Below are positions 9,147-18,509 of a DNA stretch of 64,000 nt, one piece after another (positions within the stretch are counted from its first letter, which is position 1; every line of letters starts with the position of its first letter). Origin of the DNA: Promethearchaeota archaeon (GTDB taxonomy: Archaea > Asgardarchaeota > Lokiarchaeia > Sigyniarchaeales > SOKP01); assembly GCA_016840085.1 (NCBI GenBank), contig JAEOTA010000043.1, positions 32,488 to 96,487 on the forward strand. Reading direction: 5' to 3'. The position numbers and the translations under genes were made by a program. Below the pieces are notes generated by a model. That model searched no databases. It saw nothing but the letters and a program-made list of their open reading frames with translations, and had not been told where the DNA came from.

Positions 9147-9764
9147 TTGACGCAAAAATCTTACTTCATTGCACTAGAAGGTATTGATGGATGTGGTACA
9201 AGCACTCATAGTCATCTCCTTAAAGGATTTTTAGAAAGCAAAGGTTTAAAAGTTCATTTAACGATGGAACCTTCTGAAAGTGACATAGGGAGATTGGTCA
9301 GGAAATATTTAAAAGATAAAGATGTTCCTCCTACTACAGATGCCTTATTATTTGCGTCTGATAGAGATCTCCATTATAAAAATGAAATAAAGAATAAACT
9401 TGAAGAGGGATATATCGTTATCTCAGATCGATATCTAGAATCTTCAATAGTATATCAATCGGTACAATCTGATAAAATTTCAGTTGATTGGGTTAAAGAA
9501 ATAAACAAATTTGTAGGCTTACCTGATATTACAATCATTTTGGACATAGATCCAAAAATAGCATTAGCAAGAAAAGAAGATGAAGATTTAGAAAAATTTG
9601 AAGATACTAACTTTTTAGATAAGGTGAGAGATCTTTATCTTACTCGAGCTAAACAAGAGGGATATACTATTATTAGTTCAGATGACATAATAGAATTTGT
9701 CCAAGAAAAGATTCAAAAAATTATATTGGATAAACTTAGTAAATTGGGTTATATTATAAGTTAA
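9147..9764 (+). CDS. tmk: Thymidylate kinase
   Basis: FIALEGIDGCGTST (P-loop with K->T), LLFASDR, SDRY..SS..YQ, PDITIILD. Confidence 0.92.
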   Translation: MTQKSYFIALEGIDGCGTSTHSHLLKGFLESKGLKVHLTMEPSESDIGRLVRKYLKDKDVPPTTDALLFASDRDLHYKNEIKNKLEEGYIVISDRYLESSIVYQSVQSDKISVDWVKEINKFVGLPDITIILDIDPKIALARKEDEDLEKFEDTNFLDKVRDLYLTRAKQEGYTIISSDDIIEFVQEKIQKIILDKLSKLGYIIS

Positions 9765-9844
9765 AATAATAAAACCTAAATTATAATTGCGACTTTAGAA
9801 ATTGGAATTATTTATTCTGAATCTATAAAAATTCTCGATAAAAG

Positions 9845-11134
9845 TTGAAGAATAGTAAATCTACTGAATATTTTTCCTTTAATGCTGACCGGTTATTTGA
9901 TTTAGTAAAACATTTTAGTTTTCCTAGATTAGCTGGGACTGAGGGTGAGCAAAAAGCTGTAGAACTTGCTGTAGAAACATTTAAGAAAAATGGTTTTGAT
10001 GATTCGCAAATACAAAAACAACCCTTTGAATTCTCTGATTTTTATTCTACGACCTTAATCAAGTTAATTATGGTTATCAACTTAACATTTTCATTATTTA
10101 TTTTGATGTTTGTATATATTGAATTATTTATTACAATATTTATCATAAGTAGTGGGATTATACTAATTATGTTAATTATTAGAGGCTTAAAACATCCTGA
10201 AGATTCTGGTTTTTGGGGGGAATACTATGGAAAAACAATTTCAGCGACTAATGTATTTGCAAAACTAAATGCCACGGTGATTCCAACTGAAACTGCTGGA
10301 AATATAATTATTTCCGCGCACTTAGATTCGAAGTCACAGACCTTTAAAACATTATGGAGAGTAATTTTCTATCGTGTTTGGCTCTATGGAGGTATTTTTT
10401 TAGGAGGATTCCTAATAGCTTTATTTCTTGGAACTTATACGGCTTTAAAACTAAACTTACTTGTCATAAGGGTGGGCCTTTGGGTATTTACAATTTTAAT
10501 TTCAATTTCAAACATATTTTTAATGTTTCTAAGCACTCATAATAGATCCCCTGGTGCTTTAGATAATGCGTCCGGTATGGGTATTACATTTGAATTAAGC
10601 AAATATTTTAAAGAACATCCTCTGAAGAACTTCAATATTTGGTTTTGCCAGTTTTCTGCTGAAGAATTAGGAACTATGGGATCAAGAATTTTTGTTAATA
10701 CTCATGAAGATAAATTTGTTAAAGGAAGAATATTTCAGATTAATTTAGATATGGTTTCATGTGCTAATGACAAAAAAAATAAGCTTCAATTTTTAAAATC
10801 TTATGGAGTTTTCCCACGTAAAAAAATAGCACCTTTACTCAGTAAATATTTGGAAAAAGCTTCAGAAGAAGTTAATTTAAAAATAACAGGATTTCATTTA
10901 TCTACAGGGGCTCATACAGATTCTGTTCCTTTTCATTTAAGAGGATATGATTCTGTTGATATCACTACAAAAGTTGCTGGAAAACATACTCATACTATAG
11001 AGGATACTCCGGATAAAGTTGATCCAAAAATATTACTAGAAGCATGTCTAATTATTCGAAAAGTAATAGTATTGATTGATAATGATTATGAAATGTTATG
11101 TAAAAATCAACAATTAGTATGTGATGAAAATTGA
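9845..11134 (+). CDS. M28 family metallopeptidase with inserted transmembrane hairpins
   Basis: PRLAGT, SAHLDS, GALDNASG, AEELG, NLDM, TD, HT.ED; two hydrophobic hairpins. Confidence 0.85.
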   Translation: MKNSKSTEYFSFNADRLFDLVKHFSFPRLAGTEGEQKAVELAVETFKKNGFDDSQIQKQPFEFSDFYSTTLIKLIMVINLTFSLFILMFVYIELFITIFIISSGIILIMLIIRGLKHPEDSGFWGEYYGKTISATNVFAKLNATVIPTETAGNIIISAHLDSKSQTFKTLWRVIFYRVWLYGGIFLGGFLIALFLGTYTALKLNLLVIRVGLWVFTILISISNIFLMFLSTHNRSPGALDNASGMGITFELSKYFKEHPLKNFNIWFCQFSAEELGTMGSRIFVNTHEDKFVKGRIFQINLDMVSCANDKKNKLQFLKSYGVFPRKKIAPLLSKYLEKASEEVNLKITGFHLSTGAHTDSVPFHLRGYDSVDITTKVAGKHTHTIEDTPDKVDPKILLEACLIIRKVIVLIDNDYEMLCKNQQLVCDEN

Positions 11135-12390
11135 ATTACACCTTGGCAGAAAAAATATTATTGGAACATTCAAATCTTAAAGAAATTTCTCCAGGACAGT
11201 TTATTGATTGTGATATCGATTTAATAATGGTCCATGAACAATTAGGAGGACGAATACATAGAGAGTATGAAAAATTAGGTATTGATTATGTTTGGGATCC
11301 TAATAAAATCTTTTTTATTCTTGATCACTGGGTACCTGCTCCTACAATTTCAGCAGCTGAAATGCATCAAGATTGTAGAAAATTTGCAGAAAAATACAAA
11401 TTTATTCATAACATCGGAATGGATAAAGGTATTTGCCATCAAGTCTTACCAGAGATGGGATTTGCCCGACCTGGTATGTTAATAGTAGGTTCTGACAGTC
11501 ATACAACTACTTATGGTGTTTTTAATTGTTTATCTACAGGTATCGGAGCTACTGATGTGTCTGTTGTTTTTGCTACTGGAAAATTATGGTTTAAGGTCCC
11601 AGAATCATTTAAAATAAATCTTTCTGGTAAATTAAATAAAGGAGTGATGTCAAAAGATTTTATCCTAAAATTAATAGGTGACATGTCTACCAAAGGTGCT
11701 ATTTATAAATCTTTGGAATTTCATGGAGATGGTGCAAAATCATTATCAATTGATGGACGTATGACAATTTCAAATATGGTTGTAGAGGCGGGGGCTAAAT
11801 TTGGTATTTTTTTACCTGATGAAAAAGTAACTGATTGGCTCCATAAAAGAACTAATGAAACATTTCAATTTGTATATCCTGATGACGATGCTCTATACGA
11901 AAAAACTTTCGATTATAATTTATCGGATATTACTCCTGTTGTTGCAAAGCCATCTACTCCGGATAATTTAGCTTACATTGAAGAAGTAGAAGGAATTGAA
12001 TTTGATCAAGCATTTATTGGAAGTTGTACAAACGGTAGAATGGAAGATCTTAGGATTGCCGCAAGAATTTTAAAAGGAAAGAAGATAAATTCTAAAATAA
12101 GATTGATAATCATTCCTGCTTCTAAAGAAATATATAAAGAAGCATTACATGAGGGTTTAATTGAAATATTTATTAACGCTGGAGCAATATTTGGACATTC
12201 CACCTGTGGTCCTTGTATTGGTGGACATATGGGTGTATTAGGATCAGATGAAATTTGTATAAGTAGTTCTAATCGAAATTTTGTTGGGAGGATGGGTTCG
12301 CCTAGTTCTCAAATCTACTTAGCATCACCCGCTACTATTGCGGCTTCTGCTATAAGAGGCAAAATTACAGATCCTAGAGAGGTATTATAA
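11131..12390 (+). CDS. leuC: 3-isopropylmalate dehydratase/homoaconitase family large subunit
   Basis: TLAEKIL, DH, GICHQ, GSDSHTTTYG, GSCTNGR, CGPCIG, NRNFVGRMG. Confidence 0.88.
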   Translation: MNYTLAEKILLEHSNLKEISPGQFIDCDIDLIMVHEQLGGRIHREYEKLGIDYVWDPNKIFFILDHWVPAPTISAAEMHQDCRKFAEKYKFIHNIGMDKGICHQVLPEMGFARPGMLIVGSDSHTTTYGVFNCLSTGIGATDVSVVFATGKLWFKVPESFKINLSGKLNKGVMSKDFILKLIGDMSTKGAIYKSLEFHGDGAKSLSIDGRMTISNMVVEAGAKFGIFLPDEKVTDWLHKRTNETFQFVYPDDDALYEKTFDYNLSDITPVVAKPSTPDNLAYIEEVEGIEFDQAFIGSCTNGRMEDLRIAARILKGKKINSKIRLIIIPASKEIYKEALHEGLIEIFINAGAIFGHSTCGPCIGGHMGVLGSDEICISSSNRNFVGRMGSPSSQIYLASPATIAASAIRGKITDPREVL

Positions 12391-12891
12391 ATGATTGATA
12401 TAATTGGAGGTTTCGTTTATATTTTGGGAGATAATATTACTACTGATGATATTGTCCCCAGTGATGTCTTAACATTAAGAGATACAAATGATATGGCTAA
12501 AAGTACTCTAAAATACATTGATCAGTACTTTGTACAAAATATTAACAGAGGAAATATTATTGTAGCAGGAGAAAATTTTGGATCAGGCAGTTCTCGGGAA
12601 GAAGCTGTTAATGTATTTAAAATTTTAGGAGTAAAAGCAATTATAGCTAAATCTTTTGCTCGAATTTATTTTAGAAATCTGATTAATTTAGGTATTCCGG
12701 GTATTCAATTAAAATGGGAAGATATTCATTTTTCAAAAGAAGATGATCTAGAGATTTCACTTGATCAAGGAATAATTTTTAATAAAAGTAAAAATCTAAA
12801 GATTCAATTTGAAAAATTGCCAACTTTTTTAACAGAAATATTAGAAGAAGGAGGAATTTTAAACCGATTAAAGAGGAATTTAAAGAAGTAA
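12391..12891 (+). CDS. leuD: 3-isopropylmalate dehydratase/homoaconitase family small subunit
   Basis: GDNITTD.I.P, NFGSGSSRE, SFARIYFRN; abuts the large subunit. Confidence 0.88.
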   Translation: MIDIIGGFVYILGDNITTDDIVPSDVLTLRDTNDMAKSTLKYIDQYFVQNINRGNIIVAGENFGSGSSREEAVNVFKILGVKAIIAKSFARIYFRNLINLGIPGIQLKWEDIHFSKEDDLEISLDQGIIFNKSKNLKIQFEKLPTFLTEILEEGGILNRLKRNLKK

Positions 12892-12896
12892 TATTA

Positions 12897-13436
12897 TTAC
12901 ATTAGTCTTTCTATTTCTTTTTGAATCTCTTCTATTCTTCTTTTTGATTTTAACAAAATTTTACTTCTACCATACTTCTGAAACCATCTATTAAACCTTT
13001 CATGTATTGTAACTTCTCTAGTTCCTGCCATATGCTTATCAGCCAAACATATAATTTTTTCTTCTAATGTGATTGGTAAGTAATCTTTTTCAGGTAATCC
13101 AAACCTCTTAGCATCTATTTTATCCAATCCTCCTAAAATATGCCTTTCACAGATTTTCGAGAGTTTATCTGAAAAACCTCTCTCTCTTAATATCTTACTT
13201 CCAATTAAAGCATGTTTAAACCCATGTGTTTTAGTTCTTCCTATATCGTGTAATAATGCTCCAATTTCAATTAAATTCAAGTCAACTTTAACTTTAGTTA
13301 TTTTTTTTGCGATATCTAAAGCCTTATCTGCAACTTTTTCAGAATGACGCCTAACTGAATGTTGGATTTTTAGACTTCTAAGTAAATCAAGTGCAAATTC
13401 CCGATCAGGTAGAATTTCTTCTTTTTTATTCCCCAT
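12897..13436 (-). CDS. HD-domain (HDIG) phosphohydrolase, archaeal TIGR00295-like
   Basis: HS..VA, LLHDIGR, H...G, ERH, EEKII..AD. Confidence 0.85.
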   Translation of the reverse strand: MGNKKEEILPDREFALDLLRSLKIQHSVRRHSEKVADKALDIAKKITKVKVDLNLIEIGALLHDIGRTKTHGFKHALIGSKILRERGFSDKLSKICERHILGGLDKIDAKRFGLPEKDYLPITLEEKIICLADKHMAGTREVTIHERFNRWFQKYGRSKILLKSKRRIEEIQKEIERLM

Positions 13437-13469
13437 TAATAACTTATATTATCAACTAATATTAAATTT

Positions 13470-13497
13470 TTTTAAGATAAGTCGGATTATAACCCAA
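13470..13497. other. dif-like (Xer) 11-6-11 site, tentative
   Basis: Minus strand TTGGGTTATAA-TCCGAC-TTATCTTAAAA; ATAA-N6-TTAT core; intergenic. Confidence 0.3.
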
Positions 13498-13540
13498 TTA
13501 GAATTTCTTAAAGAAAGAAAAAAGATAAACCATAAGATGA

Positions 13541-14029
13541 TTAATAAAACTCTTCATATGGACCACTTATTAGCCCACCGATTAGTCCTCCTGTAAAGGC
13601 TCCTAAAAAGGCACTAAAAATCCCCCCTAATGTTTCAGTTAATTGATTTCCTTGAAATAAAGCCATTAAATCTACCCCAGAAATTATACTTATTATAATC
13701 CAGATTAATAAAACTACTACAACCACTAATACACTTGATATAATACCTCTTCTTAAACCTTTTGCTATTGTACCACTAATATACCCTATAAATAGCCAAG
13801 CTAGAAGTTGTGCTGCGAAAAATCCTGAAACTGTTAAAGATCCGGAAAAAAATGCGATGATATCAAATTTAAAATTAGCACCAACTAATAATGCAATCGC
13901 TTTTAATAAATCAGAACCGGCATAAGTGTGGATTTGATTAATGAGACTCTCCATATTAAAGAAAAATACACTAAAAAAACTTAAAATAATGCCAGTTATG
14001 ATTCCTAAAATTAACCGATAAGAAGCCAT
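13541..14029 (-). CDS. Hypothetical 4-TM membrane protein
   Basis: Hydrophobic, Gly-rich helices; 162 aa. Confidence 0.7.
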   Translation of the reverse strand: MASYRLILGIITGIILSFFSVFFFNMESLINQIHTYAGSDLLKAIALLVGANFKFDIIAFFSGSLTVSGFFAAQLLAWLFIGYISGTIAKGLRRGIISSVLVVVVVLLIWIIISIISGVDLMALFQGNQLTETLGGIFSAFLGAFTGGLIGGLISGPYEEFY

Positions 14030-14262
14030 TATTTAAACTAGTATAAAATTAAATTTTTATATAATAAATGTAATTGATTAGATATATTAATAATTAAAAT
14101 CATTTTTGCTATATTAATACTTTAGTTCTTAGAGATTTAGCAAAAACCTCTTAATAAAATATTAAAATTATGGTATATTTAAGTAATTATTCATTGAATT
14201 TTGAAAATTTCAGAATAACAAATTAAAATTGATATAAGAAAAACATTAACAAGGCTTTAATC

Positions 14263-15090
14263 TTGGCAAAAAGGAAAAAAAAGACTGTTGATGAGGAAAC
14301 AGAAAAAAAAGAGGAGATCTTAGAAGATTTTGAAGATGATTTCAATATTGACTTTGAAGATGATTTGGATTTAGAAGAAGAACTTGAATTATTAGATACT
14401 GATGACATAGAAACTGATATAGAGGCTAGAGAAGAATTAATTGATAAAGACGAAGAAAGAAAGCAACTATATTTAAGCTGTGGGATTCATATTGGAACTA
14501 AGCTTCTCACAGGCGATGCTAGACGTTTTATATATCGTCAAACAAATTATGGCCTATATGTAATTGATTTAACTAAAACAGATGAGCGACTGAAAATAGC
14601 TGCTAGATTTTTAAGCAAATATATTGAAGAAGGAAGCGATAGAGTAATTGTGACAAGTGTACGCAGATACGGAAAAGAACCAGTTCGTCAATTTTGCAAA
14701 GTTCTTGGATGTAAAGCGATAACTGAACGTTTTATACCCGGAAGTTTAACAAACCCTTCAATAGATCCTTATATTAAGGATGCTAGTGTTGTTGTAATAG
14801 TTGATCCTCATGCAGATAAAGTTATTCTGAGAGAAGCTAAATTAGCTCGAATTCCAGTAGTTTCTCTTTTCGATACTGATGATACACTAAGAGGAATAGA
14901 TCTTGCGATTCCAGCAAATAATCGCGGAAAAAAAGCATTAGGTTTAGCTTTTTGGCTCTTAGCACGACAAATTATGTTAGAAGTAGGAAAAATTTCAAGT
15001 GAAGAAGAATTTCCATATACATTGGAGGAATTCACCTCGAAAATTGTTCCGGTATACCGACAAGAACAACAAAATCAAGCAAGAAGATGA
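14263..15090 (+). CDS. rps2: 30S ribosomal protein uS2 with acidic N-terminal extension
   Basis: YL.CGIHIGT, GLYVIDL.KTDERL, RFIPGSLTNP, DP.AD, IPANNRG.KAL; archaeal/eukaryotic type. Confidence 0.95.
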   Translation: MAKRKKKTVDEETEKKEEILEDFEDDFNIDFEDDLDLEEELELLDTDDIETDIEAREELIDKDEERKQLYLSCGIHIGTKLLTGDARRFIYRQTNYGLYVIDLTKTDERLKIAARFLSKYIEEGSDRVIVTSVRRYGKEPVRQFCKVLGCKAITERFIPGSLTNPSIDPYIKDASVVVIVDPHADKVILREAKLARIPVVSLFDTDDTLRGIDLAIPANNRGKKALGLAFWLLARQIMLEVGKISSEEEFPYTLEEFTSKIVPVYRQEQQNQARR

Positions 15091-15244
15091 TTTATTAATT
15101 ATTACTTTCCTTATTAATTCCATTTATAATTCTTATTTTAATAATCCTTATTCTTTTGAATTATTTATAATAAATTTTTAATCTTAAATCAATTTCATTA
15201 CCCTAAGGAATAATAACTAATATTAAGTATAGGGTTTATTTAGA

Positions 15245-15394
15245 TCACTTGCCAATTTTATAAATCTGGAGTTCATATTCTTTTTCAGGATTAATTTTTC
15301 CTGAGCGGATATATTCGATTGGGATGTTAAAATAGTAGTTTTTTCCTTTTTTTGTCGGCTTTTTTATGAGTGTGGTAATTAATGCTACGTCCAT
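15245..15394 (-). CDS. 49-aa AbrB/SpoVT-like small DNA-binding protein
   Basis: MDVALITTLIKKPTKKGKNYYFNIPIEYIRSGKINPEKEYELQIYKIGK; KxGxxYYFxIP pattern; not in the ORF track; divergent from the nuclease. Confidence 0.6.
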   Translation of the reverse strand: MDVALITTLIKKPTKKGKNYYFNIPIEYIRSGKINPEKEYELQIYKIGK

Positions 15395-15499
15395 AGTGTA
15401 CCATTAAGTATTATATTATATATATCTTTTGGTATAATACACAAAATCAGCAGGGTCTTTGAAGATATAAGCCATGAGGTATTATTCTACGTAAGAATC

Positions 15500-16834
15500 A
15501 TGACGCACTTAAATCCCAATTCTGAATTTAGAACAGAGTATATTTATTTGAATACGAAACAAGTTCGAGTTCTCATAAACAGATTAAAGTGTAAAAAGGA
15601 GATGACGCAAAAAGCAATTAGCGAGAAGATTGGGTCAAGTATTGGGAGTGTGTTAGCAAGGGGATCAGCACTCAAATACGAAAGTTATCAAAAATTAAGT
15701 GAATTGGCTAGAAAGGTAAATTTAACGGTTGACATAACGCAAAGGAAATATGTTTATAATCATTCTATCGCATCACTGCAAAAATTAGCGAAAGAGATTG
15801 GGCTAAAGAAAACGGGAGTAGCGGGGAAATTCTTGTCAAAAAAGTATAGAGGGATGAATACATCACATAAATGGCAATGTGGGAGATGCGGAAAAATCTG
15901 GAATACATCCCCTAATAGCATCATGTATCAAGAAAGTTGGTGTACAAGGTGTTCAGGGCGGGAAACATGGACATATGAACAGATGGTAGAATTAGCAAGA
16001 GTGGGTGGTATAGAAAAGACAGGAGTAGCGGGTAAATTTTTAATGAGTAAAAGGGAATATGAACAGCAAACATATCCAGATAGAAGTAAATATCAATGGG
16101 AGTGCGGGAAGTGCGGACATAGGTGGGAATCAAGTGCAAATAACATAAAGCGGGGGTCATGGTGTAGAGAATGTCAATATACTCATCTTTCACGCACATT
16201 AAGGACGCCATATCATGAAATAGTAAAATTGGCAGAAAAAGTCGGGATTATGAAAACAGGGTATGCGGGTGTATTCTTTGCGAGTAAAGAAGAATATCAA
16301 AAAGTTCAAACTCCCAGCCATCATAAATTTATGTGGCAATGCGGAAAATGTCATGAGGTTTTTGAGATGGATATAACCCACGTTAGTCGACCGCAGTGGT
16401 GTCCAAGTTGTACTGAAGGAGAAAGCGAAGAAGTGTGTCGAGGGTTCTTTGAACATATTTTTAAGGCAAAATTTCAAAAAGGGCATCCAGAATGGCTTGT
16501 TAACCCTTTTAGTGGAGGAAAGATGCACCTTGATGGCTATAACAAAAGATTAAAATTAGCATTCGAGTTTAACGGTCCGCAACATTATAAAATGTATCCA
16601 AAATATCATAAGAAGTATCAAGATTTTGTGAAACAACAGGAGCGGGATCTGTTCAAAGCGACACTATGTAAGGAAAAGGACATTAATTTAATTGTAGTTC
16701 CCTATTGGTTTGATTATGATGAATTTCAGGAACATATTATAGAAGAATATGCGAAATTAACTGGGAATGTACTAAAAAAAATTCCTAAGTATGATTGGAG
16801 TAAATTTAAGAGACAAAATTCTAGTTTAAAATAA
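15500..16834 (+). CDS. HTH + three zinc-ribbon repeats + PD-(D/E)XK endonuclease domain
   Basis: MTQKAISEKIG HTH; three G.KKTG.AG.F...W.CG.C...WC..C repeats; GE.E.CR..FE, LDGYN..LKLAFEFNGPQHY, RD..K..C. Confidence 0.75.
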   Translation: MTHLNPNSEFRTEYIYLNTKQVRVLINRLKCKKEMTQKAISEKIGSSIGSVLARGSALKYESYQKLSELARKVNLTVDITQRKYVYNHSIASLQKLAKEIGLKKTGVAGKFLSKKYRGMNTSHKWQCGRCGKIWNTSPNSIMYQESWCTRCSGRETWTYEQMVELARVGGIEKTGVAGKFLMSKREYEQQTYPDRSKYQWECGKCGHRWESSANNIKRGSWCRECQYTHLSRTLRTPYHEIVKLAEKVGIMKTGYAGVFFASKEEYQKVQTPSHHKFMWQCGKCHEVFEMDITHVSRPQWCPSCTEGESEEVCRGFFEHIFKAKFQKGHPEWLVNPFSGGKMHLDGYNKRLKLAFEFNGPQHYKMYPKYHKKYQDFVKQQERDLFKATLCKEKDINLIVVPYWFDYDEFQEHIIEEYAKLTGNVLKKIPKYDWSKFKRQNSSLK

Positions 16835-16846
16835 ATAAACTATTTT

Positions 16847-17623
16847 CTATACTATTTTAGCATATAATTCTTTAGCTGTTTGATATGCTTCACTATCTTT
16901 TGGGAGTTGTAAAAGATTTTCTCCAATTAAATTCATTTTACTGATTTCTTCGCTGTTTGATATAAACCCAAGGAGTTTTACATAATTTTTCTTAATACTA
17001 GCGACATCCTTTTCCAAAATGTCATGTAAATTGTCTGGAAAGCGATTTCCGAGTATCCAGATATTTTCAAACCGTAGATCAACTTCCTCTGATACTTCTA
17101 ATATGCGTGTCATGGTATGGATGCCCATTTTAGATGGATCACTTACAATTACTAAATCAGTAACATTGCGACCAGTTTTTCGGGAAAAAAATTCTAGCCC
17201 CGCGGGAGCATCAATGAGCACAATCTCATAGTTTTTCGCTAATACGTCAATGATACGTTTCAAATAATTATTAATGCTACAATAGCATCCCTCTCCTTCT
17301 CCTCGACCCATCTCTAAAAGATCAAAAGCATCCATTTCAATTAGGGCATCAAAAACCTCGGATTCGACGATTTGATCCTTAGATACATCAAGAGGTATTT
17401 GCCTTTTTTGGATTTTATGTTTAAACTCAGCCATTTTTCCCCCGATTGTTTCCTTAAAATGGATTTCTTTTCCGATAAGATCTGCAATATTTGCGTCGGG
17501 ATCGGCATCAATTATGAGGATGTTTATTTTTTTATATTTTTCAAGAAGATATTTGAGCATTAAGACGAGGAGCGTAGATTTTCCAACCCCGCCCTTTCCT
17601 GAAAATGAGATAATTTTTCGCAT
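16847..17623 (-). CDS. cooC: CooC/AcsF-type nickel-insertion ATPase
   Basis: GKGGVGKST, IDADPD, GEGCYC, D.PAGLE..SR. Confidence 0.88.
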   Translation of the reverse strand: MRKIISFSGKGGVGKSTLLVLMLKYLLEKYKKINILIIDADPDANIADLIGKEIHFKETIGGKMAEFKHKIQKRQIPLDVSKDQIVESEVFDALIEMDAFDLLEMGRGEGEGCYCSINNYLKRIIDVLAKNYEIVLIDAPAGLEFFSRKTGRNVTDLVIVSDPSKMGIHTMTRILEVSEEVDLRFENIWILGNRFPDNLHDILEKDVASIKKNYVKLLGFISNSEEISKMNLIGENLLQLPKDSEAYQTAKELYAKIV

Positions 17624-17825
17624 TTTTTCTTTATCTTATTATTGCTCCTGTTTGGTTAAAATAATTCTATGTTAGAAAAAAAGTTTATTTCATTTAAGGT
17701 TTGATTTTATAAGATATTATTTGATAATGGATTTATCTTTCATAACAAATCTGCAGAAACTCTATTAACTCTTATTTATAAATTCTGATTAACACTTAAA
17801 AAACATTCGCGAAAATACTATGATA

Positions 17826-18509
17826 TTAAAGATAATCATTGATCTTTTTATTTCGAGTTAAATTACGTTTTTCTACATAACGTTTTTCTATCCCATTTCT
17901 CATTCCAGGTAATTCATAACACTTGTCAGGGATGATACTTTTAAAGAAACGTGGATTTTCACGCTCAATAATATTTTGAGATTCATAAAGCGTTTCGAAA
18001 ATTTCCTCACCAGAAAATTGGATGTCATCAAAATATGGTATAATTGGGCGTTTCTTACTTATCTCATCCACAACTTCATTGAGAGGTAATATAAACTCCT
18101 GAATAGTTCCTGCCTCATTAATTATACTCGTTTTATGAATATGCTCATTGTATAAGCAGACTACACATTGAGGCCATCGTTCGTGAAAATAATTTAAGAC
18201 AAGATCCATTACTCGATGTTTAAGTAATGCCAACCCAAATAAAACACCACGATTATTTATTTCTGTTCGTGTAAATTGCTTTGCTCGATAAGCTTCAGTA
18301 AATACTTCTCGCATCATTTGGATGAATTTCTTAGCTATTGGAGTACCTGAATTGCGTAGGATTACGTCTGATAATTTGTTTATCTGATTTATATAATTGG
18401 GTGAATATTTAGAATGACGTGGGAGATTTTCTATAAATTCCTTTCGTGTATATCCTTTCGCACGACCAATGACTTTTAAAGGATCTTGGCAAGTTCCCCT
18501 CTTCTTCAT
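17826..18509 (-). CDS. DUF4130/TIGR03915-like DNA metabolism protein
   Basis: E.YRAKQF.R, H.V..L..YF.ER.P, E.LYESQ.I.ER.N.R; overlaps the radical SAM gene (ATGA-type overlap). Confidence 0.65.
   Translation of the reverse strand: MKKRGTCQDPLKVIGRAKGYTRKEFIENLPRHSKYSPNYINQINKLSDVILRNSGTPIAKKFIQMMREVFTEAYRAKQFTRTEINNRGVLFGLALLKHRVMDLVLNYFHERWPQCVVCLYNEHIHKTSIINEAGTIQEFILPLNEVVDEISKKRPIIPYFDDIQFSGEEIFETLYESQNIIERENPRFFKSIIPDKCYELPGMRNGIEKRYVEKRNLTRNKKINDYL

Noticed and set aside
15195-15240. ACCCTA/TAGGGT inverted repeat as an att site or element end
   Set aside because: Only 6 bp, with no matching copy found at the other side of the nuclease module.
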